64,000 nucleotides of DNA from Callorhinchus milii (taxonomy: Eukaryota), in the NCBI RefSeq assembly GCF_018977255.1, contig NW_024704742.1, positions 29,638,001-29,702,000 on the forward strand. Direction: 5' to 3'. The notes beneath the pieces are model-generated. The model was given only the letters and a program-made list of their open reading frames with translations. It did no database searches and was not told where the DNA came from. Of this stretch, positions 1 to 11,964 are shown piece by piece; position 1 is the stretch's first letter, and every line of letters starts with the position of its first letter. The position numbers were made by a program, and so were the translations under genes.

Positions 1-599
1 TGTTGTAGCTCAGCGACTTTACTGCGAATGAAAAATGCTTTTAGGAACACGGGTGATAAACAATTTATAGACCTGGAAGGAACAGTGAGCTGATCACAAC
101 CACATGTTTGCAGCTACCTCCAAGCTCAGCACTTTTGTATGTTGAGCTTTGTTTGTTTTGTACTGTCGTGTTCTGCCACTGTCAAGCGCTCTGCGACACT
201 ACCCTGCGTGAGGGGTTCTATATAAATGCAAGTTGTTGTTGTTTTTATATGGCATAACTCGTTCAAAGATTCAGCAGACTTATACCAAGGCTGACAAGGA
301 AATATTTTCAGTGCACAGAACAAAAGCAGGAATCATACATCACCCATTTGGGAAAGTTCAAAGAAAACCCACTGGGATGAATATTCCTTTGCCACAGGAA
401 ATGTACCCTTTTCACCTCTCCTTGCATTCACACACGTTTGTGGTGAATCTCCACATGTCTGCTCTCCGCACCACTGTTCAAATACACTTTCCATGTCTAA
501 ATGCTTCTCTCCTCTGTCTGTGGTTGACATAGTCTTACTCAAAGCGCACGTGTGCATGGATTTACCCAGGTCTCAGAGAGCTTATTCAGTGATCAACTA

Positions 600-880
600 A
601 GCCACTCGGACCAGAAAAATCCCTGTCTGTGCTGATCTCAGCTAGAGTGGGCACCAGTGAGTTCACACCGTCTCAGCACTCCAGTTCAGGTAAAATAAAT
701 CAGCCAGGATTCCCGCCCATGATCCCCCTCTCTGCTGAAGATCCACTTGTGTGGACTTTAGAGTAAGTAAGGACAGGATCAGCTTTGTCTGCATTCAAAT
801 TGTCTTCTTACACTCACTGTCTCGGCTGACATGTGAGCAAGATAACCAGTGGACATCCATAAAATCATATCCCAGTGAAA
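600..880 (+). mobile_element. Ancient AmnSINE2-like SINE relic (related pieces near 3490-3720, 4170-4360, 9420-9615, 17950-18270, 35400-35490, 43600-43720, 56160-56400)
   Basis: Recurring GCTGATCTCAGC...AAATCAGCCAGG.TTCC.GC...GGACAGGATC motif chain; family name assigned from memory. Confidence 0.6.
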
Positions 881-924
881 GGGAAAAAAATCTATACAAC
901 TTAACATATTTCCTTAATCCATAA

Positions 925-1310
925 ACCTCTATTTACCTGGCAGTAAGTAGGAACCTGGCTCTTAGTCAATTGGCATATCGCTTTTCCGGGGGTAATAATT
1001 CCTCCCCCACAAAAAACATTTGGTCACTCAAACCATGACTGTTTGTGGGACATTGCTGTGTGCAATTGGCTGCTGCATTTCGCTCACAAATCTGTGAACC
1101 TTTGAGAGGTCTCGACGACGTGATAAAGCGCTATATCAAATGCAAGAATTATTATTATTATAAAGTAAAATAATCCTTGCTTTTGACATAGTGCCTATCA
1201 CATCAAAGTGTCTGAAGCGTTTTCAGTAAAGTGCAGGGACTGTGTTGGTAGGTGAATGCAGAGGCCAATTTGCACACAGCAATGTGCCACAAGCAGCTGT
1301 GAGCAAAAAA
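925..1310. mobile_element. Two SINE copies tail to tail (925-1160 on +, 1168-1310 on -)
   Basis: ...ATATCAAATGCAAGAATTATTATT is followed within ~10 bp by the reverse tail ATAATCCTTGCTTTTGACATAG. Confidence 0.85.
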
Positions 1311-1474
1311 AAACATTTTTTTTTAACCTGGCAGATTGAGAAAAGAGATTCTCATTCCGCATGGGATAGTATGCAGCACATTTAGTAAGTCCACCACAGT
1401 TTGATACACTCTGCCCACACTTGCATTTACCAGCGAATGCAGGGAATGGATACCAGGAACCGAACACTGAAAGT

Positions 1475-1790
1475 GTTAAGAGAAATGAAGGATAGCTAGA
1501 AAAAGAAGAATCTTCAGCCTCTGAAATGATGTCTCAGAGGAGGCCTGCTGGAGGTATATAAAGTGCTAAATGGTAAAGAGGATGTAAGCCAACAATAATC
1601 TTTTCAGATATGACAAGGGAGTAGAACAAGATAGCACAGTTTCAGGATTGTGAAAGGCAATTTTAAGACAGACACCAGGAAGTATTTCTTTACCCATAGG
1701 GTAATCAACAGATGGGACAGGTTACTAGGAAGAGTGGTTGAGGCCAGGACACTAGACTCATTTAAGAAACAGCTTGATGCTGCGATGGGA
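1475..1790 (+). mobile_element. CR1 3' fragment
   Basis: RKYFFTHRVINRWDRL...LDSFKKQLD. Confidence 0.85.
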
Positions 1791-1814
1791 AGGTACTTTG
1801 TAAGAATGAGATCA

Positions 1815-2442
1815 AATAATAATAATAATAATAATCCTTGTATTTGATATAGCATCTTAGCAAGTCTTCAAGATGTCTCACAGCGCTTCACAGAATATAC
1901 TGTAAAGTGAATTGACTGTACATTTTGTGGGCAAAATGTGGCAGCCAATTGCGCACAGCGGTGTCCTACAAACAGTCGTGGATTGAAGTGACCAATTTTT
2001 TTTTTTTTTTTTGAAGTAATTATTACCCCCGGAAAAGTGCTCCGTCAATTGACTAACAACCGGGTTCCTCCTTTTGATTGGATCAAGACTGGTTGTGGAG
2101 GACAGGTCACAGAAATTACCTGGGCCATGTTCTAATCCTTAGCACAAGCTTTCAATACAATATTTAATTTGCTGGAGAATGCAAACCTTTAATATTATTC
2201 AGTCTTACTATTATACAAACTGCACAAACAGGTGATGTACACTTTGTTATCACAACATGTATAATAATCCTATAATAATCCTTGTATTTGATATAATGCC
2301 TTATCATGTTGTTTAGACGTCTCAAAGTGCTTCACAGAATATACTGTAAAGTGAATTGACTGTATATTTTGTGGGTGAAACGAGGAAAGCCAATTGCACA
2401 CAGAAGTGTCCCACAAACAGTTGTGGATTGAAGTGACCAATT
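1815..2442 (-). mobile_element. Two SINE copies (1815-2070 and 2272-2442)
   Basis: (AAT)n followed by CCTTG(C/T)ATTTGATATA and the shared body. Confidence 0.88.
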
Positions 2443-2719
2443 TGTATGGGAATTAAGAGGGGTGGGGGTTAAATTGAGGGAGAGATACTGAGGCTGCTAT
2501 TGTGCAGCTCCTAACCAGCCCAATGGTGGCACTGTAGGGCTGAGAGCAGAGCCTCTCAGTTCAGAACTGCAGAAACACAGAAACCCAAATAGAGCAGAAA
2601 GCAACTTTTATTTTGAATTATGGTAACGTTTTTTTTGGGGGGGAACAAGTGTTTTCTCTCCATATTTCCCCTCTACATCTCGCCGGCTGTTCTCCGCGTG
2701 AGGGTGAGGTCTCCGGGTA

Positions 2720-2870
2720 ATGAGAATGCACATTCCATTCCAGATACGGGAATTTCCGTGTGTTAGAGGGCACGTGTAGAGCTCTCAGTCTGGCTTGCAT
2801 GCTCTTTAAGCACGGTGATGGGTTTCTGCATGTGTCAGACACCCACCCAGCTGACCAAGAAAAACAAGTC
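2720..2870 (+). repeat. Unclassified dispersed repeat (other copies at 5112-5246, 8585-8716, 15025-15120, 27615-27735)
   Basis: Shared core TGGATAC..TTAAGCA.GGTGATGGGTTTCTGCATGTGTCAGACACCCAGCTGACCAAAAA, found in both orientations. Confidence 0.75.
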
Positions 2871-3746
2871 TGTGTGAATGCTCAGCCATCTGCTGCCACT
2901 ACTGCTCTGTCCCATGTTAGCACCAGTCACCCTCTGAATGACTTTCCCTCTGTGTGCGTGCACGTGTGTGTATGCGTGTGTTGGGAAGGGGTGAAGGGGA
3001 GGGCTTGATGTGGAGGGCTCCAGCCACCGTTCTCTGTCCCTCAGCACACTTGGCCTCCACGCTTCACCCCCCCGTCAGCACTATGCTGGAAACCATGTGC
3101 CGAATAGTGACTTCAAACCCGTGGCGTATCATTCTGTGGGCACAGTATGTTGGAACAGCAACTCATCACCAGAAAGGGCAAAAACCACAAAATTACAGTT
3201 TCGCCAATCTTGTCAAAAAACTATGTGCATTTGAAACAAAACACGAAGCAGATTTTCAGCATGAATTTGCTTGCTATTAACATATTCCCATACAATACAA
3301 AATGATGACAACTGACTTTAGTCATTAGCGACGGTGCTGTACAAATAAATGAGGAACTGACTGCACAGTCTTATGTCTAAGTCACACTGTAAATGTTACA
3401 ATGTGGATTGAAAGGGTGGATTGGAAAAAATGAGAAAAGCCTACTTTTCTCTGATGGCTTCTGAGGTAACGGTTCCTTAGCGTATGGTCTTGAGATCTGT
3501 AGATCAGATTGAACCCTCAGTTAGCCGATCTCAACTTGGGCAGCTAGCGGGCTGGGGCCGGGTGTCTATAATTAGACTGAACTTGCCCGGTTGGGAAGGA
3601 AAATCAGTCAGAGTTTCTGCCTTCTCCCCCACTCCCTGTCACTCCACACTGGTAAATGCACGTGTGGATGTTGAAAACGGGACTGAGCTTGGCTGTAACA
3701 AAGAAGCCTTTTGCCCCCTTGGGTGGAGAAAGAGAAGTAGCCATTG

Positions 3747-4080
3747 ATTTCTACAGAGGTCTTGCTACACCCTACCTCTGTGACCTCCTAAAACCTTACC
3801 AACATGTCCGCTCCCTCTGCTCGGTGGGTTCTGGCCTGCTCCACGTCACCCGCCCTGCACGCTCCACCATCGGTAATCGGGTCTTTAGCCTTTCTGCACC
3901 CATCCTCTGGAACTCCATCCCGGAGCCCCTCCGGTTGCCTCCTTCCCACCACCACTACCCTCGCCCTCCACCCCTCTTGACTCCAGCCCGCAGCTTTGGT
4001 GCAAACCCTTGATGGTCCAGCGCCTTGGGACGTCCTCCAGATATGAAAGGAACAATATAAATGCAATTTCTTGTTGTTGA
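3747..4080 (+). mobile_element. L2 3' fragment
   Basis: GLATPYLCDLL...FSLSAPILWNSIP; (TTG)n tail. Confidence 0.88.
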
Positions 4081-4715
4081 AAGCGCGATGGGAGGGTGGG
4101 GAGAGGAGGTGGAGCAGGGCAGGAGGGGAGCAGGAGGGGAGGGGCGGAGGAGAGCGTAGCTTGCGAGGAGGGTGGGCTCAGCTATGCCCCTTACATTCAA
4201 ACAACCCGCTGACATTCAGCTCGCTCTCTAACTTCACACTTGAATGACGGCCACTTGAGCGATGTACGAGAGAGAGCGGTGTCTGTGAGACCCCCACACC
4301 CCACACACACTTGTTAGCAGAGTAGTCGGTCAGGGTCTTCAAGAAAGCGGGGTGAAAATTGAAAAAAAAAATTAATTGTCCCATTAAATGCTTTTTGGAA
4401 ACATTAGGAGCTGAATGATTTGATGTCATTGATTCGAGTACCAGCTGCAGTGAGGCTGGAGTATCAGCCAATGTGCCGTGCAATGAGATCCTGACTTGCA
4501 GAAGGGTTAATGAATAACTCCTCTGGGAGCCACACAAAAAAAAACTCCCATACAACTAACTGAGAATACATGAGCCTTAAACGACTGAATCCTTCAACAG
4601 GTTTTAAAAAATGCTTCTGTTCTTACTGACATTTCCCATCAGACGCCTCTTTGAGGGCACACTCGAGAAATAAGGTCCCACTTTCATTATTTTGGGGGAA
4701 AAAATGAAAGCGAGG

Positions 4716-4948
4716 TGTTCAGTCGAGCTTTTCGATTCTATGCCCCTAACCTCTGGAACTCTCTCCCTTTACCCCTCCTCTTATCTGCCATTAAATCCTG
4801 CCTTTACATCTACCTCTTCGACCGCACCTCTGGTCACCTTCCCTTCCTCCCCCCCATCCTAGATGGGTGTCTGACCTGTCTTTGTGAAGTGCTCAGGGAC
4901 AGTATCCTATATCAAAGGCGTTTTATAAATGCAAGTTGTTGTTGTTGA
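4716..4948 (+). mobile_element. L2 3' end
   Basis: RAFRFYAPNLWNSLP; TATAAATGCAAG followed by (TTG)n. Confidence 0.85.
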
Positions 4949-5959
4949 TGATTTTCGAAGGATCTCAGGGATCTGAAATTCTCTGAAATTGGTTTTGAAT
5001 CTGAATCTTAAATCTGTTGCCTTCAATTTTAATACTGTGGAGTTTAAGATTTGAGTAAACTTAAATTGTGTACTTTGCCTTTTGTTAAAATTGTGAACCT
5101 TGTTTTGAGATTTCTTTTGGCCAACCTAGTACCTTGACACATGCAGAAACCCATCACCATGCTTACAGGTATCCATTTGGATACTCTCAAGCACAGTGAT
5201 GGGTTTTTCTGCATTTGCTGGACAATCCCAGCTGAGCCGAAAAAAAACTTTAAAAATTTTAAGATGGCGCAGAGTGTGAAAAATTCTTCAATTCAGTCTT
5301 AATTTTAGAAGACAATTTTCTGCCGTTCTTCAGGAACTGCGCAAACCCGGGTTCCGAAATTCCGCACGATCTGAAAATTTAAGATAACGGTCTTAAGGCA
5401 AAGACTATGTGAAATTTCTGGCTCTCCGATGTGTGCAGAAGGAAGGGCTTCTCATGAAGCGTTGGGAGTGCTGACATGAAGTGTTTTTTCCAGTGTGTGG
5501 GGCTAGCAGCTTGGAGTGCTACCCTGGCATCTCCCGGCCTTCCAGCAGATGGCTTAATCGTGACCACGTTGCTTTTTACCTTCTGGATAATGTGGCTAAT
5601 GCACAGCCAATTCCAGTGAGCTGTGACAGCGTATAGCAGGTAGCCTGGCAACCGAGAGCGTAATGCTGAACAGATGGTGTTTGTACAGCATGATGGACAC
5701 TGCACGCTGTAGCCTGAGACAACCCAAGAATTCCCTGGAGGGTTTGAGGCCCATTCTGAATGACTGCGCTCAGCTGCTATCTCACTCTTCCCTGCTGCCT
5801 CTCCATAACATCCTCAGGACAGCGTTAGCTGATCATTCCCTGCCTCTCAGACCAGTAGAGAGAGAGAGAGAGGGGTGAAGACACAGAAGATGTGTGTGTT
5901 CACCTCTCTTTCTCTCACACACACACACGCACACACAATGTGAACCTGAGCACTGCTGC

Positions 5960-6330
5960 ACTTTTTCCAAAATAGGGCTGTCCTGTTATCCATTGATAAA
6001 CTCATTAGCTTCAGCTCTATATTTAGCAGAAGCTGAAATCATTGTTATTTGAAAACGAGAGCCGGGCATCTGAACCAGCGCTATAAAAATGGGACGGCTT
6101 TGAGACACGAATTCCCAGCCTTCATTTGAGAGGAAAGGATTGCAGATTCACCGACACAAAAGCTCCAGCCACCATGTTCTATTTACAGAGCTTCCAGCAA
6201 CTCCTTTGCAGTTTATTATCGTAATGTCACACAGCGCCACAACAGTCTGCTCAAAGTGCTAAATATCCTGTCATTGCAGGCGTTGCAGCGTTTTCACAGC
6301 TCTACAATATAATCAAACATGGCTTCTGTG
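5960..6330 (+). promoter_or_regulatory. Candidate muscle-type enhancer or promoter (CArG, GATA, MEF2, TATA-like)
   Basis: CCAAAATAGG at 5967-5976, TGATAA at 5994-5999, CTATATTTAG at 6017-6026 and TATAAAA at 6082-6088, all in repeat-free DNA. Confidence 0.4.
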
Positions 6331-8189
6331 CAGGCTGCAGCTTCGTTTCGTGCTTTACCGTACAACGCCGTGAAAAACACCGGAGTACACAGTACGTTTC
6401 TTTATCTTATCTTCTTTTTGACATTTTTTCCCTCTTCCCAATTCATCAACTTTCTCTTCGTCTCGCAAAGATGGTTCCCCTTGCTGGCACGTGGTGCTAT
6501 GTACGCCAGGGTCCGTTCAGCACCTGATCCTCTGGGTGTAGGGGTCCTGGTTCTACAGGTGTCAAGGGGGCCTTTCTGCAGCGGTTGCCGGAGCTCCTTG
6601 TTCTAAAGGCTAATCCTCACGTGTGGTTATGGGACAGTGAACGTGCTTAAACCCAAGAGCTTTTAGGAAGAAGCCAATTATTTTTACAAGCCCACACGAC
6701 TGCTCTTGCCTTCCATCTACTTGCCGTTCTCACTGTCCCCCTCAATCCCTTCTCTTTTCAGAAAAGCAGCTGCTTGCTGTTTTGAACCTCATCAAACTGT
6801 CCTCTTCAACGGTCTTCCTCGACAACTCATTCTGCAATTCCATTACTCTTTGTGCAAGAGAGCTCCCCTGGTTTCTCTCCCTATGCCTAATTCTTGTGAT
6901 CTCTGACGTTGGGAGACAAACGGTTGGTGGGTTATTTACCTGTGGCGGACGTGATAGTTGTGGCCAATCCTGTCCGCGCTACAGTATTGTATCAGGACAA
7001 ACTTGAATGGCTGATTAGCCTCCTTCTATGTTGTGAATATCTAAGGTATGAAAAATAATCCTTACATTTGGTACAGTGCCTTTCACGTCAGGCAGACACC
7101 CCAAAGCGCTACAAGGGATACACTGTAAAGTGCAGTGACTGTACGTTTTGTGGACGAACTCTTATGACCTCCGCATACATGTTTCCCAGCACACGGGAGG
7201 GATTGAAAAACACAGTGATTGGGAAGAGGGAAGGTGTCAAGGGTGGAAACGTGTAGCACAGAAGGGGGCTAATCAGAAGGCTCAAAATCAATTAGCTTGT
7301 GTTTCTGAAGAGAGCTGATGATGGACATTAGGAATACTGGAATGTTGAAAATATGTGTCCTTACCGAAAGAAGTGGTCGTTGTTCCTTAAAGAAAAATCT
7401 CTTCCATTCACCACAGTTCAATAACCCATCAACACAGAACTTCATAATAATAATACTTGCATTTGATATAGCGCATCATCACATTGTCGAAACATCTACA
7501 AGTGCTTCACAGGATACACTGCAAAGTGGATTGACTGTGTATTTTGTGGGCAAAAGTTATCTCAAGGAGCTCAAATACCAGAGATCACAATAATTGGTGG
7601 TGTCACGGGGCTTTTACAATCCCCAAAGAAAACCAGAATTACTGTATATCCCACTCATAATATTTAAAATTAACTTTATTCCCCCCAGTTATGTGCTTAG
7701 CAAGCATAACCCCTAACCCAGCAGTTGGCGTTCTGCTTGGGTAGCATATCACAAAAATATACAGTCAACTGACTTCACAGTATATTCTGTAAAGCACTTT
7801 GAGGCCACTCATTGACGTGATAAGGATTAAAATAATAACTTCACAGCAGTGTGTTATCTGACTCTGTGCTGATGTGGGTCATATGGTGGTACAGCATGGG
7901 TTGAGTTGGGGTTAGACTGAGTTATTATTATTTATTATTATTTATTATTGTCAGAAAAAGAAGACCAGCTTCTGAGTCTCTTCCAGCATTAGTGCTGCTC
8001 CTGGTTGTCAGTCAGACAAGGGTTTGTTTCAGAATGTGCCAAGCCATTTAAATCGCTGATGAAATAAAATAAATTTGCCTTCCCTCCCCTCCTAATACAG
8101 TAATGTACAAACTCAACTTGTAGGATTTTATGTATTGCAGTGTAATTGATGTATTATGTTAAATATTGACTAGGTTCTGGCTACTGACA

Positions 8190-9330
8190 AAATTGCATGG
8201 ATAGCAACGCTGGGTCTGTGCAGCACAACAGCTGGAGTGGCTGTAGCCAGACGAAGCCCACTTTGATTAATAATTCAGGAAGCAAATCGTTCACATTACA
8301 TGGCTGTTAGACTGAAAGCAATGAAGTGAGCAGGCTGAGCTCACAGACCTGCCTCCAGAACTACAGAGCAATTAACCCTGCAGAACGTCTCAATGAAGAC
8401 TATGCAGGATCTATGATGTGGCATTCAGATTGCTCAACCAGAGCTGCACTGGGTCAGTATGGGTGTGAGCCCAGGTCACCCTGCTGGAAACACACAACTC
8501 CCGACAGGCGTTGGCCACACAGCTTGATAACCACCCCGTGACTGAACCTGGCAGGAAGAGACTGGATAGCTGTAAATTTTAACAAACCAAACAGTCCCAA
8601 CCCAAACTTCCAATCCATTTTTGTTTTTGGTCAGCTGGGTGTCCAATACATGTGGAGACCCATCACCATAGTTAAGAGGTTCCAAACCAGACAGAGCTCC
8701 ATACATGCATCCCATCCGAGAAATTTATTAGAATGTAATGGACACTATCCCTCGAGCGATGCTTCCTGCTTACCTAATTGCGAAGAGTATTAGGCACAGG
8801 TTGGCAACAGCCAACCCATGGGGACTCCAGAGTGTGCTTTGGGGCTATTGCTGGAATCTAACCAGCTAAAACAGCATAGCTTACCATTGAACACTGTCTG
8901 GCAAGCTTTCCCACTGCTTGTCCAGCTAGGACCATCCTACCCGTAGGGCTTTGGCTTGCAGGGTTAACAGGAGCTGAGTGGGAAGAGTCCTTGCCCCAGT
9001 GACTGATCTGCCGTTCTAAGTCCTGCCGATGAGCCAGACTGGCTATGCTGTCATCAGCAGTGCCCTGGAATACTGTGGATCCGCCTGGTTAGGAAATGGA
9101 CTACCAAGACAGCCACACGGGGTTAGCATGATTCTGACATTCCGTTGCCAAACACATTATCTTGGCGACAGGTCAGCTCCAAGGAAAGCGCTTTCCTCCA
9201 TCCACCAAGATGATAAATCAATCTATGTGGGAGGTTCTGCTCTGTCAGTTTTCAAGGTGTTACAGGGTAGGAGAGTTCATTAACAATGAGGCAGATACTT
9301 TCTGCTATTACAGGCTTCAATTAAGTCATA
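8190..9330 (+). pseudogene. CSPG4: CSPG4-like segment: leader plus laminin-G 1 and 2 (interrupted by a repeat at 8585-8716)
   Basis: RAALGQ...PDRRWPHSL vs RLVLGQ...SDSIPHTV; HCLASFP (8892) vs HSLAAFP. ORF 9029-9283: RQPHGVSMIL vs GQPHEVSVHI, and SAPRKALSSIHQDDKSIYVGGSALSVFKVLQGRRV vs TSNRGVLSYLEPRGSLLLGGLDAEASRHLQEHRL. Confidence 0.8.
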
Positions 9331-9979
9331 ATGTATGTGCATTCCAACACTGTCACATCAACTCCTCCAACAGTTGAGTCAATGAAGCCACTGCTCAGTT
9401 TAGTCACTGCAGTCCTGGAAGGTCACAAGTACAAACCAGGGTTGGTGCCTTCTTAACTGATCTCACCCAGGGTGGAGCAGTGGAGGAACTTTTAGCCTCA
9501 GTTAGCGAAAAAGAAAGAAATTAGCCTGGGTTCCTGTTTTCTGTTAAGTATCCAGAGATTCCGGCTGTAAAGTGGACTTGTGGGGACAGGATCAGGTTCG
9601 GCTGTGACATCCCACACAACCAACAACTACAATAATTTACAACCACCATCACAACACATTGCATTTAAATAGCGCCTTTTACGTCAGGGATTGATTCTGA
9701 GTTTACGTGTGTTTTGAATATTGCAATGACAGATTGGGCCAGATGCGAAACAATTGGCTGAAAATGCCTTTGGTAAAATCCCGTAAAGAGGAAAGGCAAA
9801 AGTCACGGTAGTGGGCAAGTTAAACAAAGAGGCCAAACCGCAACAAATTGCAACATCCTCACATCACACATAATCTGTCAGGTTGTGGCTACATATAGGG
9901 CTAGTAGCCACAACCTTTCGTCACTGGGGTCGAAAGGTTGTGGCTACTAGCCCTATATGTCAGAAGTACTCCATGGTTG

Positions 9980-10990
9980 GGATTGAGCTCAAAGCACTTT
10001 CCAAAGATTGAACTAGGAGAGTTGGAAGAGGTCAGAAAGTTGCAGGTTTGAATCCGGTCAATACTCAGTTAGATTCTCTCCTTGTCTTTAAGATTCAGTA
10101 ATCTTGTCCATGAGAATCGGCAGCCACGAGGAAGAGGTAGGTAATGGGATTGGGCAAGCTATGGAGACCGGCAGGCAATGGGAACAGACAGGCAATACGA
10201 ACAGAGATCAACTAGGGGCAGACAGCCATCGTGGAACACATAGGAATTTGAAATTCTGGTGTATTTGTGTTTCGTTGTACTTATTGACCACGGCAGCACA
10301 CATTGTAATTAATCAGGCCCTTCAAAGTAACTACACAGGTGATTGGGGTCAACCTGTAATGGGGTGGGGGGGCAGGACTGGGACTTAGACAAGCAGGGTG
10401 ACATCCAGCAATGTCCCTGATCAGGAGAGGGAGCAATCGCACCAGGACCCCATGACGCAGCATGAGACTAAGACTAAGGAGAGATGCTAAAGCCTGAAAT
10501 GGCAACAGTTCTCGCATGCGTGTGCTTACAGTACACAGAGTTCAGAACAAATACATTCCGATCACTGCATCGCTGCTCTGGAAGACTGTTTGACCGCTCC
10601 TTACACTAATCAATTGGATTTTCATTAGAAACAAATTTACGAGATACGAGACAATGGTTTCACGAAAACCCGTTACCATTTCCGCTATTGTATGATGTGA
10701 CTTTCTTTCTGTATTAGTATGCATTGAAGAACAAGTGTCTTCACAGCCCCCTAGCAATTCACCATCAAGATAACCTTAGCAACTACAACGGAAAAACTTC
10801 AACAAGCAAGACAACACCATTTAGTCAACCAATTCAAAATGTCCCACAGGCTGTTCCACGATTCTACAGTCACAGCAATTGTCCTCATTCCTTCCACCGT
10901 GCTCTGAAACCATTCGTGTGCAACCATTTCATTCAATGGACATTACAAGTAACTGGGTTTTATCGAGTCCGTTGCATGTGCAAACCACAA
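9980..10990 (+). pseudogene. CSPG4: CSPG4-like segment: linker, CSPG repeat 1, start of repeat 2
   Basis: SLKWQQF vs WLEWRHV; RNKFTRYETMVSRKP (10627) vs RKMFTLLDVVNRKA; QPIQNVP vs LPIQVNP; QPFHSMDITS vs EVFQAYDPDS. Confidence 0.65.
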
Positions 10991-11964
10991 ATAACTTCAC
11001 CGAGCTATAGAAAAACTCAGTTTATTTATAGACCAGAAATGCAAAAAAAAATCATTCGAGGGCCAGAAATGGTCAATTGCCTGGCATTTTGCACAACTGA
11101 GCGCTGAACATTATCCACATGATTCACATTTATAACTCTTATAATAAGCTCAGAACAGTCAACAAGACTTAGAATATTTTTTGCCATTTTTCTTAAAAAA
11201 AGGCACAAATTATCCCCAACTATAGCCTCAAAGTCCTAGTGAGGGGAGAGAGGGAACTGTAATACAGTAGAACAAAGGTAATTTTTTGTGTAACGTTCAT
11301 ATACAAAAACATCCCATTGAGTGGGTAAAATCTTTCAAGGACTCTAACTGATAAAGGGGTAAATAATGTGTTCCTGAAATCTCTGAGATGTCTTTGTTAG
11401 TCCAGCAGTTCTGTGTTCAGCATGGCTAGTGGATCACACTCACTGTCAATGAGCAAAAGGTTAATTTGTCATCATTTCCTACAGCTAGTTTGATTTCTCT
11501 GACTGACTAACTGACTGACTGCACCATGTGTCTTAGGCATGCAAAATAATTCTAGAAGTGATCAGGAATTTCTATAAATAGTTTTTGTTTAAAAAAATGT
11601 GGCTGGATGGAACACTGGAATTATTTTGCCGAATGTTCTTTGTCTTGTCGTTGGGCTGTAAGGATGGTGCTGCGATGGCCTGATTCTGAGTTTACATGTG
11701 TTTTAAAAATTGCAATGACAGATCGGGGCGAATGAGCCACAATTGGCTGAAAATGCCTTTGGTTAAATCCCGTAAAGAGGAAGGGAAAAAGACAAGGTAG
11801 CAGGCGAGTTAAACAACGAGGTCAAACAGCAACAATTTGCAAACTGCAACATCCTCACATCACACGCAATCTGTCAGTTTGGCTCAGTCGGTGGTATTCT
11901 TGCCTCTGGGGTCAGAAGGTTGTGGCTACAAGTCCTATATGTCAGAAGTACTCCATGGACAGAT

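Noticed and set aside
10260..10960. Initial by-eye assignment to CSPG repeats 3-4, and an alternative frame at 34330-34620
   Set aside because: Better, colinear matches exist in other frames. This shows that short by-eye matches can be spurious, so the weaker segments are tentative.
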